DNA from: Mycobacteriales bacterium
GTDB lineage: Bacteria > Actinomycetota > Actinomycetes > Mycobacteriales > QHCE01
DNA: 57,881 nt
Direction of reading: 5' to 3'
Assembly: GCA_038260095.1 (NCBI GenBank)
Contig: JBBSOC010000006.1
Coordinates: 1-57,881, forward strand
The translations under genes were made by a program, and so were the position numbers. The notes beneath the pieces were generated by a model. That model did not search any database, had not been told where the DNA came from, and saw only the letters and a list, made by a program, of their open reading frames with translations. Shown piece by piece: positions 48,620 to 57,881 of this stretch (its first letter is position 1; every line of letters begins with the position of its first letter).

Positions 48620-49150
48620 TTATGTTGCATCGGGGTCAAACGTGGCTGCGGCACCGTTCTGTCGGGGTCGGCTTCGGCCGCCAGCCCGACCGTTACTCCG
48701 ACCGCCAGTAGCTTGAACACCGTCGGCGTCTATACCGCCTATACCGGAGCCAAACATCGGATGGTTGGTGTTGAGGAAGCTAGTGTCGAAATCGGCGTCA
48801 TCTACCGCCTCCGCTCGGGGATCAAGGCCCGCCTCGGCTCTCATTCGTTGCAATACTTTTCGGTAGTCGCCCTCGCCTAAGGTCTTCTGAAACGGCTTTC
48901 GCAGCTCTTCTTCTTCGGCTTCTGACAGTAAGTGTTTACGGAGTAGCTTTTTAGGATGTAAATCCTCTAGTTCCACATCCGGACCCAGCTGCTCACGAAA
49001 ATCCTGCGTGGCCTCACGCGCCATTTCTCGTACCCGACGCAGGGTACGAGCACCGTCACGCACCACCTTGGGTAGTCTGTCGGGCCCGAAGATAAACAAC
49101 GCGAGCAAAACCAAAACAATAATCTCCGGCCACCCCAGATTGTTAAACAT
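48620..49150 (-). CDS. tatB: Sec-independent translocase TatB
   Basis: MFNNLGWPEII...FGPDRLP, C-terminal FDPDAT. Confidence 0.9.
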   Translation of the reverse strand: MFNNLGWPEIIVLVLLALFIFGPDRLPKVVRDGARTLRRVREMAREATQDFREQLGPDVELEDLHPKKLLRKHLLSEAEEEELRKPFQKTLGEGDYRKVLQRMRAEAGLDPRAEAVDDADFDTSFLNTNHPMFGSGIGGIDADGVQATGGRSNGRAGGRSRPRQNGAAATFDPDAT

Positions 49151-49198
49151 GGTCCCACTCTACGGCGCCCACAGGCGAAACTGGGCGTTGATGCCCGA

Positions 49199-50617
49199 TC
49201 ACGGTTGAACCGGTTGATCCGCCAGCTTCATGGATGTCTCCGACGTTTTATCATCTCGCTTGTAGCTCACCCGCACTGTTTCTCCAGCAGCATGCTTTCG
49301 AATGAACGCGATCAAAGCTACAGCGTTTTCGGTCGGCTCACCAGCAAAGCGCGTGATGACATCACCCGCCCTGAGACCAGCTTCCGCGGCGGGGCTACCC
49401 GGTTCCACGCTGGCCAAGGGCACGCCTCCAGTGGAGCCTTCGCCAGAAGCGGGGTCCTGAGCAATTCGGACACCGATCACTGTCCGGCGCGCCTGCCCAC
49501 TGGAAATGATCTGTTCAGCGATACGTTTAGCCTGGTTAATCGGAATGGCAAACCCCAAACCGATGTTGCCACCGCCCGGCAGCGAAGCAATCGCGGAGTT
49601 CACTCCAATCACATTCCCCGAACCATCCACCAGGGGACCACCAGAGTTACCAGGATTAATCGACGCGTCAGTCTGCAATGCGGCCATGTACGCCTCGGCA
49701 CCCCCCGTCTCAACACCTGGTTCGGTGCCGCCCGTGAGTACAGGCCGGTCCAACGCGCTAATGATTCCTGCGGTTACCGTCTCACTTAAACCTAGCGGGG
49801 CACCAAATGCTACGGCAGGGTCACCCACCCGAATTTTGTCTGAATCACCGAACTGGGCAGGCGCGAGGTTTCCAACGTCCTCTGCCTTGATCACCGCGAG
49901 GTCGGTTCCAGGATCACGGCCTACAACCTGCGCTTTATGGGCGGATCCGTCGTGGAAACGCACGGTGATATTAGTCCGGTTCCCGCCCGCGGATGCCACG
50001 TGGTTATTCGTAAGGATGTAGCCCTCTTTGGAGATGACCAACCCGGAGCCATTGCCGGCCAGTCTTCCGGCATTGATATCAATGGTTACCACCGACGGCT
50101 GAACCTTCTCTACCACTCCAGCCACCGATTCGGGCGGCCGTTTTGCCAATGCGGGCGTGTCGCCGTTGCTGGCACCCAACGAAGTGGGCGCTCGACCGCC
50201 ATCATCTCCACTGGATGAAATGCCATAGCCGATGGCACCACCAGCTAAACCTGCTACGAGGGCAATTACCACGGCCAGTACGAGGAAAAACCCGTTGCGC
50301 TGCTTTCCAAATGGCGAGGACTGCGTAGGGGGCAGCTGCTCGGCGGTGGGACGCTCCCACCCCGCCCCCGAACGGGGAGAGCGCCGCGGGTCACTCGGCG
50401 CGCTATCACCCCAACCCCTCGGCTCAACCACAGTATCGTTTGGAGATTGTGTACCACTCGCAGCCGTATTTGTCGTAGTGCTCGACGGCCAGTCTGAGCT
50501 AGCGGTGGGAGCGTTAGCTGAGCGATCGGTTGGATTAACCTCGCTCGAGTTCGGGCTAGGGGAACCAGCGGCCGGCACGTGGCTCTCTGGCGAAGGCGCA
50601 CCTGTTTCTTGTTCCAC
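49199..50617 (-). CDS. htrA: HtrA/DegP serine protease with PDZ domain
   Basis: TM helix, LTNNHV, DLAV, NPGNSGGPL, PDZ. Confidence 0.95.
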   Translation of the reverse strand: MEQETGAPSPESHVPAAGSPSPNSSEVNPTDRSANAPTASSDWPSSTTTNTAASGTQSPNDTVVEPRGWGDSAPSDPRRSPRSGAGWERPTAEQLPPTQSSPFGKQRNGFFLVLAVVIALVAGLAGGAIGYGISSSGDDGGRAPTSLGASNGDTPALAKRPPESVAGVVEKVQPSVVTIDINAGRLAGNGSGLVISKEGYILTNNHVASAGGNRTNITVRFHDGSAHKAQVVGRDPGTDLAVIKAEDVGNLAPAQFGDSDKIRVGDPAVAFGAPLGLSETVTAGIISALDRPVLTGGTEPGVETGGAEAYMAALQTDASINPGNSGGPLVDGSGNVIGVNSAIASLPGGGNIGLGFAIPINQAKRIAEQIISSGQARRTVIGVRIAQDPASGEGSTGGVPLASVEPGSPAAEAGLRAGDVITRFAGEPTENAVALIAFIRKHAAGETVRVSYKRDDKTSETSMKLADQPVQP

Positions 50618-50796
50618 GACACAACCCTCCCATACACTGACCCCAGCCGCGCGGTTTTCCCCACGTCTGAGATGCAGTTAGTAACCGATCACACGTGCAT
50701 GTGAATGTACCCAGTGCAACTTCACAGTATTCACGATTTCGCCGCCGACAACGTTCACGACGGTGATCAAAGCATGACTAGAAGCGAACTAACGCG

Positions 50797-50964
50797 TCAG
50801 GCAGCGACTTTGCTGAGCTCGGCGTAGAGTCCTTTCGCCTCATCTGCCGACATCTCGACAACGAGCCGACCGCCACCTTCCAGCGGTACACGCAGCACGA
50901 TGCCACGGCCTTCCTTGGTGACCTCAAGCGGACCATCACCGGTCCGCGGCTTCATGGCCGCCAT
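50797..50964 (-). CDS. DUF3117 protein (55 aa, absent from the ORF track)
   Basis: MAAMKPRTGDGPLEVTKEGRGIVLRVPLEGGGRLVVEM; GGAG RBS. Confidence 0.95.
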   Translation of the reverse strand: MAAMKPRTGDGPLEVTKEGRGIVLRVPLEGGGRLVVEMSADEAKGLYAELSKVAA

Positions 50965-51026
50965 CTTTGCACTCCTCGCGTTGGGGCTAGCATAGAGCGC
51001 CCGGTAATTGATGCTGTTCTACTGCG

Positions 51027-51124
51027 GTGTCCCCTGGCGCTTCGTCTGGCTGTGTTGTCGTCGTCGCCCATACTCTCCAAGTATGAACTCCTCCTCCGCC
51101 TTGCCATACTCGACCAGATAGCAC
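51027..51124. repeat. Palindromic REP/MITE-like element related to the 15-kb units
   Basis: Minus strand GCAAGGCGGAGGAGGAG...GGCGACGACGACAAC with central hairpin CATACT/AGTATG. Confidence 0.6.
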
Positions 51125-51395
51125 TAGCTAACTTCGCCACCTCGCAACGAACGATCAACTACCGAACACTCTTATCCATCGGGTTAACTCGAGCGCCGCT
51201 CGAAGCATCACTACTGTAGATTCTTCCGTATCACCACCGGCTTGTGTGCGCGGCCCCCACGTGTGCCAGCGCAGCTTAATCTCACTTCTGGTCCAAGAGC
51301 TGGACAATTCGGTCGTTTTCGCCGCCCACAACCACGGTTGCCTCGAGTTCGTCGATAGTGGTGGCGATCAGCGTGCACGTACCCAGCGGGGGGCT

Positions 51396-52244
51396 CTACG
51401 CTTCGACAGGATCGGGGGAGTCAGCACCAGTGACGACAGGTTTTCCTCCGTTGCGCTTGTCGGCCGCAAGCACGATGGAGACAGCTTCATCTACATCGTC
51501 GGTGATCGTCAATAGATCCACGTCCCCGGCGTCAATCTTTCCTGTCCCTAGCATGGTGTTGCGCAGCCAATCAACCAACCCTGACCAGTAGGAGCTACCG
51601 ATCAAGATGACCGGAAATTGAGTGACCTTGTGGGTTTGCACCAAGGTGAGCGCCTCGAATAGCTCGTCCAACGTGCCAAATCCGCCGGGCAGTACACAGA
51701 AGGCTCGGGAGTACTTCACGAACATTGTCTTGCGTGCGAAGAAATACCGAAAGTGGATACCAATATCCACCCACTGATTGAGTCCCTGCTCGAAGGGCAG
51801 CTCAATCCCCAGTCCCACCGAGACACCATGGGCTTGCTGAGCACCTTTATTGGCCGCCTCCATCACACCTGGGCCGCCCCCAGTGATCACCGCGTATCCG
51901 GCGCGAGCCAGTGCCGCACCGAGCTGCTGCGCGCTGCGGTAATCGTCACTGCCGGGTTTGGTACGTGCTGAACCAAAAACACTGACACCAGGGCCAAGCT
52001 CGGCCAGCGTTCCAAAGCCCTCAATGAACTCCGATTGGATACGCAGAACGCGCCACGGATCGGTATGCACCCAGTCGGAGGGGCCACTACCGTCCAGCAG
52101 GTGCTGGTCGGTAGTCGTATGCGGTACTTGGGCACCGCGCAACGTGACCGGACCGCGTTCACGCTCACCACGATCATCCCCAAGGTCTCGGTGGTTAGCG
52201 CGCGGATCTGGCTGATTTATGTCGCCATTGGGCTGTTCTGTCAT
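51396..52244 (-). CDS. LOG-family (TIGR00730) nucleotide phosphoribohydrolase
   Basis: FGSAR, TGGGPGVMEA, PGGFGTLDELFE. Confidence 0.93.
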   Translation of the reverse strand: MTEQPNGDINQPDPRANHRDLGDDRGERERGPVTLRGAQVPHTTTDQHLLDGSGPSDWVHTDPWRVLRIQSEFIEGFGTLAELGPGVSVFGSARTKPGSDDYRSAQQLGAALARAGYAVITGGGPGVMEAANKGAQQAHGVSVGLGIELPFEQGLNQWVDIGIHFRYFFARKTMFVKYSRAFCVLPGGFGTLDELFEALTLVQTHKVTQFPVILIGSSYWSGLVDWLRNTMLGTGKIDAGDVDLLTITDDVDEAVSIVLAADKRNGGKPVVTGADSPDPVEA

Positions 52245-52327
52245 GGTGTATACCGTATCTCTTGGCACTCTCCGCACCGTTCTCCGCGCTTCAAAGGACA
52301 CTGATGTGCTGCGGGTATAAAGGACAT

Positions 52328-53416
52328 TCATGCTGGGCTGGACAAGAAACTACGTAAGACCGTGGCGGCACTTCGGATAGCACCGACGTCCACGTATTCG
52401 TTCAGTTGATGTGCCATGTTCGGATCCCCTGGACCAAAATTCAGGGCGGGCACACCCTGCTCAGTAAACCGAGCCACATCGGTCCACCCGTATTTGGCTA
52501 CCACTGGCGCATTCACGTGCGCCACGAAACGACGCAACAGCCCAGCGCTCAACCCCGGCAACGCCGCTGGAGCCTCATCGAGAACAGTTATGGAATAGCC
52601 GGCGAACAGCCCCTGCACATGCGCCAGCGCTTGAGCACCGCTCCGATCCGGAGCATAACGAAAACTCAGCTCTACCTGGCATGCATCAGGAATCACGTTC
52701 CCGGCTATTCCACCGGAAATCCCCACCGCACTTAAGCCTTCTCGATAAGTGCAGCCGTCAATACTGACCGAACGAGCCCGATAGCGCTCGAGCTGGGTGA
52801 GGATGAAACCGGCAGCGTGGATAGCGTTACTACCCAACCAGCTGCGCGCAGCGTGAGCCCGCTGACCGGTGGTGTGCACAGCTACCCGCAGTACCCCCTG
52901 GCAGCCCGCTTCGACCTGCCCGGCGGTGGGCTCCAGCACAATTGCGGCATCGGCAGTCAACAGCTGCGGCTGCCGGCGCATCAAACGCCCAAGACCGTTC
53001 TGATCCGAGGAGACCTCTTCGTGGTCATACAGCACCAACGTCAAGTCATACCGTGGATTAACTAAAGTCGCCGCCACGTGCAGCAGGACCGCCACGCCGG
53101 CTTTCATGTCCGAGCTACCACAACCGTAAAGCAGGTCGCCTTGACGCCGCGAGGGCAGATTTTTAGCAATCGGAACCGTGTCCAGATGCCCCGCCAGGAT
53201 AATCCGCTGGTTCCGTCCGAGACTGGTGCGCGCAACGATCGCATCCCCATCGCGGGTGATAGTCATATCACCGATGCCAGTGATGCCGCCGAGTGCCGCC
53301 TCGACCGCATCGGCTATCCCGGCCTCGCCACCTGAAACCGACGGGATGTCCACCAGCGCTGCCGTGAGTTGTGCTGGATCGGCGCATAGGTCCAAATCCG
53401 GGATCCTGTCAGACAT
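52328..53416 (-). CDS. dapE: Succinyl-diaminopimelate desuccinylase
   Basis: AGHLDTVP, SDMKAG, HEEV, YGWTDVARF. Confidence 0.95.
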   Translation of the reverse strand: MSDRIPDLDLCADPAQLTAALVDIPSVSGGEAGIADAVEAALGGITGIGDMTITRDGDAIVARTSLGRNQRIILAGHLDTVPIAKNLPSRRQGDLLYGCGSSDMKAGVAVLLHVAATLVNPRYDLTLVLYDHEEVSSDQNGLGRLMRRQPQLLTADAAIVLEPTAGQVEAGCQGVLRVAVHTTGQRAHAARSWLGSNAIHAAGFILTQLERYRARSVSIDGCTYREGLSAVGISGGIAGNVIPDACQVELSFRYAPDRSGAQALAHVQGLFAGYSITVLDEAPAALPGLSAGLLRRFVAHVNAPVVAKYGWTDVARFTEQGVPALNFGPGDPNMAHQLNEYVDVGAIRSAATVLRSFLSSPA

Positions 53417-53502
53417 CAACCCAGACTAGTAGTACTTTAGCCCGATCTAGATCGCACGCAGGTGCGGCCGTGCTCGAATGCCGACTCGGGCGCAGCGCTA
53501 CC

Positions 53503-54549
53503 GTGACAGGCGTGACAGATACTGCCGGCGCTGACGCTGCCTCCGAAACGCTGAACTCAGCAGCGTGGGGGGTAGGTCTCGCCACGATAGTCAACGGCGA
53601 CAGCGAAGATAGCGTGCTCGACACCTGGTTTCCAGCCGGGCAGCTCGGCGTGGGCGTGCCGCCATGGTCAAATCAGCGGGAAGCTGATTCTCAGCTGGCG
53701 AAGCTGCCCGCTGAGGCAACTCGGCCCGACCCGATTCGCGGCGTACATACCCGGTGGATCTGCACTGTGATCGAATCTCTGGGGGCACCTCCAAAGGGCG
53801 TTTCTAACGCCTATCTGCGGCTACATCTACTCTCTCACCGTCTCGTGCGTCCGCATGGACTCAACACCGACGGTATTTTTGAGCAGCTCCCCAACGTGGC
53901 GTGGACATCGGCCGGACCGTGCGCAATAGATCAGCTCAATGCGGCACAGTTGCGAGCCCGCCGAGCCGGCAGCTGGCTACAGGTTCGCAGCTTGGACAAG
54001 TTTCCACAGATGCTCGATTACGTTGCCCCCCGCGGAGTACGAGTGGCTGACGCGGCGCGAGTGCGGCTCGGTGCGCACCTGGCTCCCGGCACAACGGTGA
54101 TGCATGAAGGGTTTGTGAACTTTAACGCCGGAACGCTGGGCAGCTCCATGGTAGAAGGTCGCATCTCCGCCGGAGTCGTCGTTGGCGACCGTTCCGACAT
54201 CGGCGGCGGCGCTTCGATTATGGGCACGCTGTCTGGCGGTGGTGGCGAGGTGATCAGCATCGGCGAAGACTGTTTGCTCGGCGCGAACTCCGGAGTAGGA
54301 ATATCACTGGGAAACGGCTGTGTTGTAGAGGCCGGCTGCTACATCACAGCCGGGGCTAAGGTCACCGTCAGGGCTGCGGTTAACGCGCACGGCCGCACTT
54401 ACGAAACCGGCGCTGTGCTGCGCGCGCAGGAGCTTTCCAACGCCGATGGCCTACTGTTTTGGCGCCACTCCGTGACGGGTGCATTGGAAGTATCGGGCCG
54501 AACTGGAAACTGGGGCGGCCTCAATGCCCAGCTACACACGGCCCAGTAA
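53503..54549 (+). CDS. dapD: Tetrahydrodipicolinate N-succinyltransferase
   Basis: YLRLHLLSHRL, DKFPQMLDYV, VMHEGFVNFNAGTLG. Confidence 0.96.
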   Translation: MTGVTDTAGADAASETLNSAAWGVGLATIVNGDSEDSVLDTWFPAGQLGVGVPPWSNQREADSQLAKLPAEATRPDPIRGVHTRWICTVIESLGAPPKGVSNAYLRLHLLSHRLVRPHGLNTDGIFEQLPNVAWTSAGPCAIDQLNAAQLRARRAGSWLQVRSLDKFPQMLDYVAPRGVRVADAARVRLGAHLAPGTTVMHEGFVNFNAGTLGSSMVEGRISAGVVVGDRSDIGGGASIMGTLSGGGGEVISIGEDCLLGANSGVGISLGNGCVVEAGCYITAGAKVTVRAAVNAHGRTYETGAVLRAQELSNADGLLFWRHSVTGALEVSGRTGNWGGLNAQLHTAQ

Positions 54550-54605
54550 GGCCTTCGACAGATGCTGAAGCCGCCGCGGCCATCTAAGAAACCTTCCGTC
54601 GTGTC

Positions 54606-54704
54606 GTATCACTGGCACCATTGCCAATGGTTTTTACCTATGACAACTGCCGGCTCGGGTAATGTGGTGGCCTTCTTCGGCAACGAATTGGCTGCCAGTG
54701 ATAC
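54606..54704. repeat. Inverted-repeat element with 12-bp perfect arms
   Basis: GTATCACTGGCA (54606-54617) / TGCCAGTGATAC (54693-54704). Confidence 0.6.
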
Positions 54705-54764
54705 CAAGAAGGTAATGCTCAGAAACGGGTTTAACGAACGGAGAACCGAATGGTGCATCTGCGT

Positions 54765-55412
54765 CTACGTTGAACCACCTTGGTATTTAGACCTAGGACG
54801 CCGTTTTTTCCTTGTTCCGCTCCATATTCCAGCGGCCATTCCCGCACCGTGGCCTACTGCGTCAGTTATGTTGTGATCCGTCACAGCGGCTGCGATTACA
54901 CCTCCCGTGACTGCGGTGAGCCCGGCCGCATACATGGCCTTTACCCGAAGGGTTTCGCCTTCACGAATACCCCTTGTCAAGATGTACGCGGCCATCCCCA
55001 CGGTTCCTGCTGAAGGGCCCACATCTGATCCACCCATATCAGCGTGAGGGACCAGACCAGAAACGGCTACCCCACGGGTTGCAACACAACCGGCAGCGTG
55101 AAAAACAGCTGCTTTACGCAGAGTTGGAAGGGCACCCTCTTTGCGTTCGTTCAGGCCAAATGTCAAAGCTGTCTGAGCTGTCGCTAAAAGAGTATCTGCC
55201 GCCTTCCCAAAGAAGGGAGAAGCCACAAAGAAAGAGCCAGGCCACCTGAGCCCCCAGTCTTTCCACGAAGAGTTAAGGTGCACTTCAGTAAATGCCCTCA
55301 CAAAATCGGCGTTACTTTTCCAACTTATCCCAGCAACAAGACCAGAGACGGCCAAAGTAGCGGCATACTGCTTCAACTTTCTCTTCCCCAGAGCGGGTCC
55401 AAACTTCGCCAT
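54765..55412 (-). CDS. Divergent rhomboid-like membrane protein
   Basis: Several TM segments; DVGPSAG (GxS) and TDAVGH; GGCGGAG RBS; AT-richer. Confidence 0.55.
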   Translation of the reverse strand: MAKFGPALGKRKLKQYAATLAVSGLVAGISWKSNADFVRAFTEVHLNSSWKDWGLRWPGSFFVASPFFGKAADTLLATAQTALTFGLNERKEGALPTLRKAAVFHAAGCVATRGVAVSGLVPHADMGGSDVGPSAGTVGMAAYILTRGIREGETLRVKAMYAAGLTAVTGGVIAAAVTDHNITDAVGHGAGMAAGIWSGTRKKRRPRSKYQGGST

Positions 55413-55649
55413 ATCTCCGCCCTAAGGTCGCCCGTATGGAAACGCTCCGCGTTTTGGTGAGTCTGTTTTGCCAGCTTTTACTAGTACTGGACGGTAGCTA
55501 CTGTGATAACAGTAGGTTTCAAATTCTGCTGAGGTTAGACACGGAACGCCCATGGATCTCACGGTGATTATACCTATCGATCACTTCCAAAGTGACATAT
55601 CGACATGTTCGACAGTCTTCCGGGTGATGCCGCTCCGATAAGACCAAGT

Positions 55650-55920
55650 CACATCAAGAAGCCGACGGCAGAGGTGAATCGCTTCCTGCTGACGAAGCAC
55701 GAAAGCTTTGATGCTGCTCGTACTGACCGCCTAGCAGCTTTATGGGCGATCGCATTGACTCTCGGTTTACGGTGCTACTCACATGATCTCTGATCGACTT
55801 CGAACGAGGGATAATACGCCTGCTTACAGGAGTCCATCGCGTCAACGGCCAGTTGATCCTTCAGGGGACTTAAATCAGAGCGATCTCACCGAACATTGGC
55901 CGTCCCTGTGTTTATCGGAG
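55650..55920 (+). pseudogene. Tyrosine integrase remnant
   Basis: Frameshifted pieces ADEARKL / DAARTDRLAALWAIALTLGLR / IDFERGIIRL..VHRVNGQLIL / KSERSHRTLAVP. Confidence 0.75.
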
Positions 55921-56067
55921 AAAACCGATTACGGCCTCAGGTGTACGGATAGGCAAGATAGCTAGCGACAATCTCGACAAAAACCACTGGACGGCCTCTT
56001 AGAGAACGATACTGAGGGGTAGTGGTCAAAATGGTTGTCGCCCCCGGCAAGCCCGTAGAATCGGATC

Positions 56068-57510
56068 ATGGAATGGAGCTATCGGTCGGCCGAGGAACTC
56101 GCGGCTGCGTTGTGTGCCGGTGAGGTGACCTCGGTGGAACTGACCGACGAGGCGATCTCCCGTATCGAGCGGCACGACACGGCGACCAATGCGATCTGTG
56201 TACCGGATTTCGACCGTGCGCGGGCCGCCGCGCGTGATGCCGATCAGGCACGCGCCCGCGGCGAAGACCAGCCGCTGCTCGGGATTCCGGTAACGGTGAA
56301 AGAGTCCTACAACCTCGCCGGGCTACCCACGACCTGGGGCATGCCCGCATACGCGAACTATCTGCCCGTCGAGGACGCGGTGGCGGTGTCGCGGTTGAAG
56401 GCCGCGGGCGCGGTAATTCTCGGCAAGACCAATGTGCCGTTCATGCTGAAAGATTGGCAGACCTTCAACGAGATCTACGGCACCACCAACAACCCGTGGG
56501 ACCACGGTCGAACTCCGGGCAGGTCCTCCGGCGGATCGGCGGCGGCGCTGGCGGCCGGATTCGGCGCGCTGTCTATCGGCTCCGACCTCAACGGTTCGCT
56601 GCGCATCCCCGCGCATTTCTGCGGCATCTACGCACACAAGCCAACACTCGGGCTGGCGGCCAGCCGCGGCATGGTCCCGCCGCCCGCGCCGGCACTGCCG
56701 GCCGACGGCGACCTCGCCGTCTGCGGTCCGATGGCACGTACCGCCCGCGACCTCGCGCTTCTGTTCGACGTGATGGTCGGACCCGACCCTCTGACCCTCG
56801 GTGTGGCGTACGAGTTGACGCTGCCGCCCGCGCGCCACCAGCGGCTCTGCGACTTCCGGGTCCTGGTCCTCGACGAGCATCCGCTCATTGCGACCGGGTC
56901 CGCTGTGCGGGCGGGCGTGAACCGGGTGGCCGACGCGCTCGTCGACGGCGGGGCCCGCGTCGAACGGCACAGTCCGCTGCTGCCCGATCTGGTCGAAGCC
57001 GCGATGCTCCACACGCAGTTGCTGTGTTCCGGTATTGGTGCACGCCTTCCCGTCGAAGCTTACGACCAGCTGCGGACCCGCGCCGCCGCACTGAACGCGG
57101 ACGACCGGAGTCTCGGCACGGTGGGGCTGCGCGGCCTGGTGTTTAGCCACCGCGACTGGATCGAGGCGAACAACCGTCGCGAGCTCCACCGCCACGGCTG
57201 GCGGCAGTTCTTCACCGAGTTCGACGCCGTCGTCTGTCCGATCACGCCCACTCCCGCGTTCCCCCACGACGACAACCCAAACCGCGAGGAACGGCGGATC
57301 GACATCGACGGCGTCGCCTACCCCTACAACGACCAGTTCGCCTGGGCCGGTCTGGCCACCATGCCCGGCGCCGCCATACCCGCCGGCCGGTCCCCCGAGG
57401 GCCTGCCGGTGGGAGCGCAGCTCATCGGTCCGATGTTCGAGGACCGCACACCGCTGCGGCTGGCCGAACTGCTCGAGCAGACGATCGGTGGCTTCCAGGC
57501 ACCGAAGTAG
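56068..57510 (+). CDS. Amidase-signature-family protein (GC-rich)
   Basis: VTVKES, GKTNVP, PGRSSGGS, GSDLNGSLRIPA. Confidence 0.92.
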   Translation: MEWSYRSAEELAAALCAGEVTSVELTDEAISRIERHDTATNAICVPDFDRARAAARDADQARARGEDQPLLGIPVTVKESYNLAGLPTTWGMPAYANYLPVEDAVAVSRLKAAGAVILGKTNVPFMLKDWQTFNEIYGTTNNPWDHGRTPGRSSGGSAAALAAGFGALSIGSDLNGSLRIPAHFCGIYAHKPTLGLAASRGMVPPPAPALPADGDLAVCGPMARTARDLALLFDVMVGPDPLTLGVAYELTLPPARHQRLCDFRVLVLDEHPLIATGSAVRAGVNRVADALVDGGARVERHSPLLPDLVEAAMLHTQLLCSGIGARLPVEAYDQLRTRAAALNADDRSLGTVGLRGLVFSHRDWIEANNRRELHRHGWRQFFTEFDAVVCPITPTPAFPHDDNPNREERRIDIDGVAYPYNDQFAWAGLATMPGAAIPAGRSPEGLPVGAQLIGPMFEDRTPLRLAELLEQTIGGFQAPK

Positions 57511-57741
57511 GGGGCCGGCCCGGTCAGACCGCACACCTCGCCAGTGCCGTACCCGAATGCTCACCATCGACCGCAGGTACACCTATTCGAAGTCCCGCAG
57601 CATCGGCGAACACGACAGAGCCCGTCACATCCATGCCACAACCTCAGTCCAGAGAATCCCTTCGCCAACACCCGCCAATCATGACGAGACAACATTCGAC
57701 TTGACGAAAACCATAGGGTCACCCCCGCCACCGCCGAACGG

Positions 57742-57881
57742 TGAGGGGTATTTAGTTTTCCGGACAGGTTATTTTATGTTTTTTCGGTATTCGTTTTCGA
57801 TGTGTTGTGGTGTTTGGTAGCCGAGGCGTGAGTGGAGTCGTTGCCGATTGTAGAACACTTCGATGTATTCGGCGATTCCGG
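57742..57881 (-). mobile_element. IS3-family element right end (transposase C-terminus and inverted repeat), continuing beyond the window
   Basis: [24 protein letters not shown]...NIK* (stop at 57769), followed by CTGTCCGGAAAACTAAATACCCCTCA. Confidence 0.88.

Noticed and set aside
56323-57582. 419-aa minus-strand ORF and other long overlapping ORFs
   Set aside because: Antisense or alternative-frame shadows of GC-rich genes (amidase, mfd, eno, mrp)

Overview
Actinobacterial (Actinomycetes) chromosome segment that joins three housekeeping blocks: DUF6912-HAD-CpaE-like ATPase-SAF / HTH / LysM-Rv3235 / secA-hpf-comF-mtrBA; then acs, cbs remnant, SGNH, Bax-inhibitor, tRNA-Leu(TAA), udgB-ppx-DUF501-divIC-eno-mazG-mfd; then an ABC importer, MgtE-like, DUF1003, mrp, tatB, htrA, DUF3117, LOG, dapE, dapD. 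Two processes stand out. (1) Erosion of core genes: lpqB is cut down to a 56-aa lipoprotein stub, cbs is collapsed by two internal deletions, sigE-rseA are absent before htrA, and there are many pseudogenes (VapC, TetR, GH25, YbaK, AAA ATPase, integrase, IS3). (2) Dense insertion of small cassettes: about nine toxin-antitoxin loci or remnants, one bracketed by an 83-bp duplication of the secA SEC-C tail; a tRNA-Leu island with tandem tRNA-3'-end copies that holds orphan immunity-like genes and a D-amino-acid oxidase; and several AT-richer foreign genes. No CRISPR, rRNA or intact prophage was seen. Family assignments come from motif recognition by eye, not from database searches.
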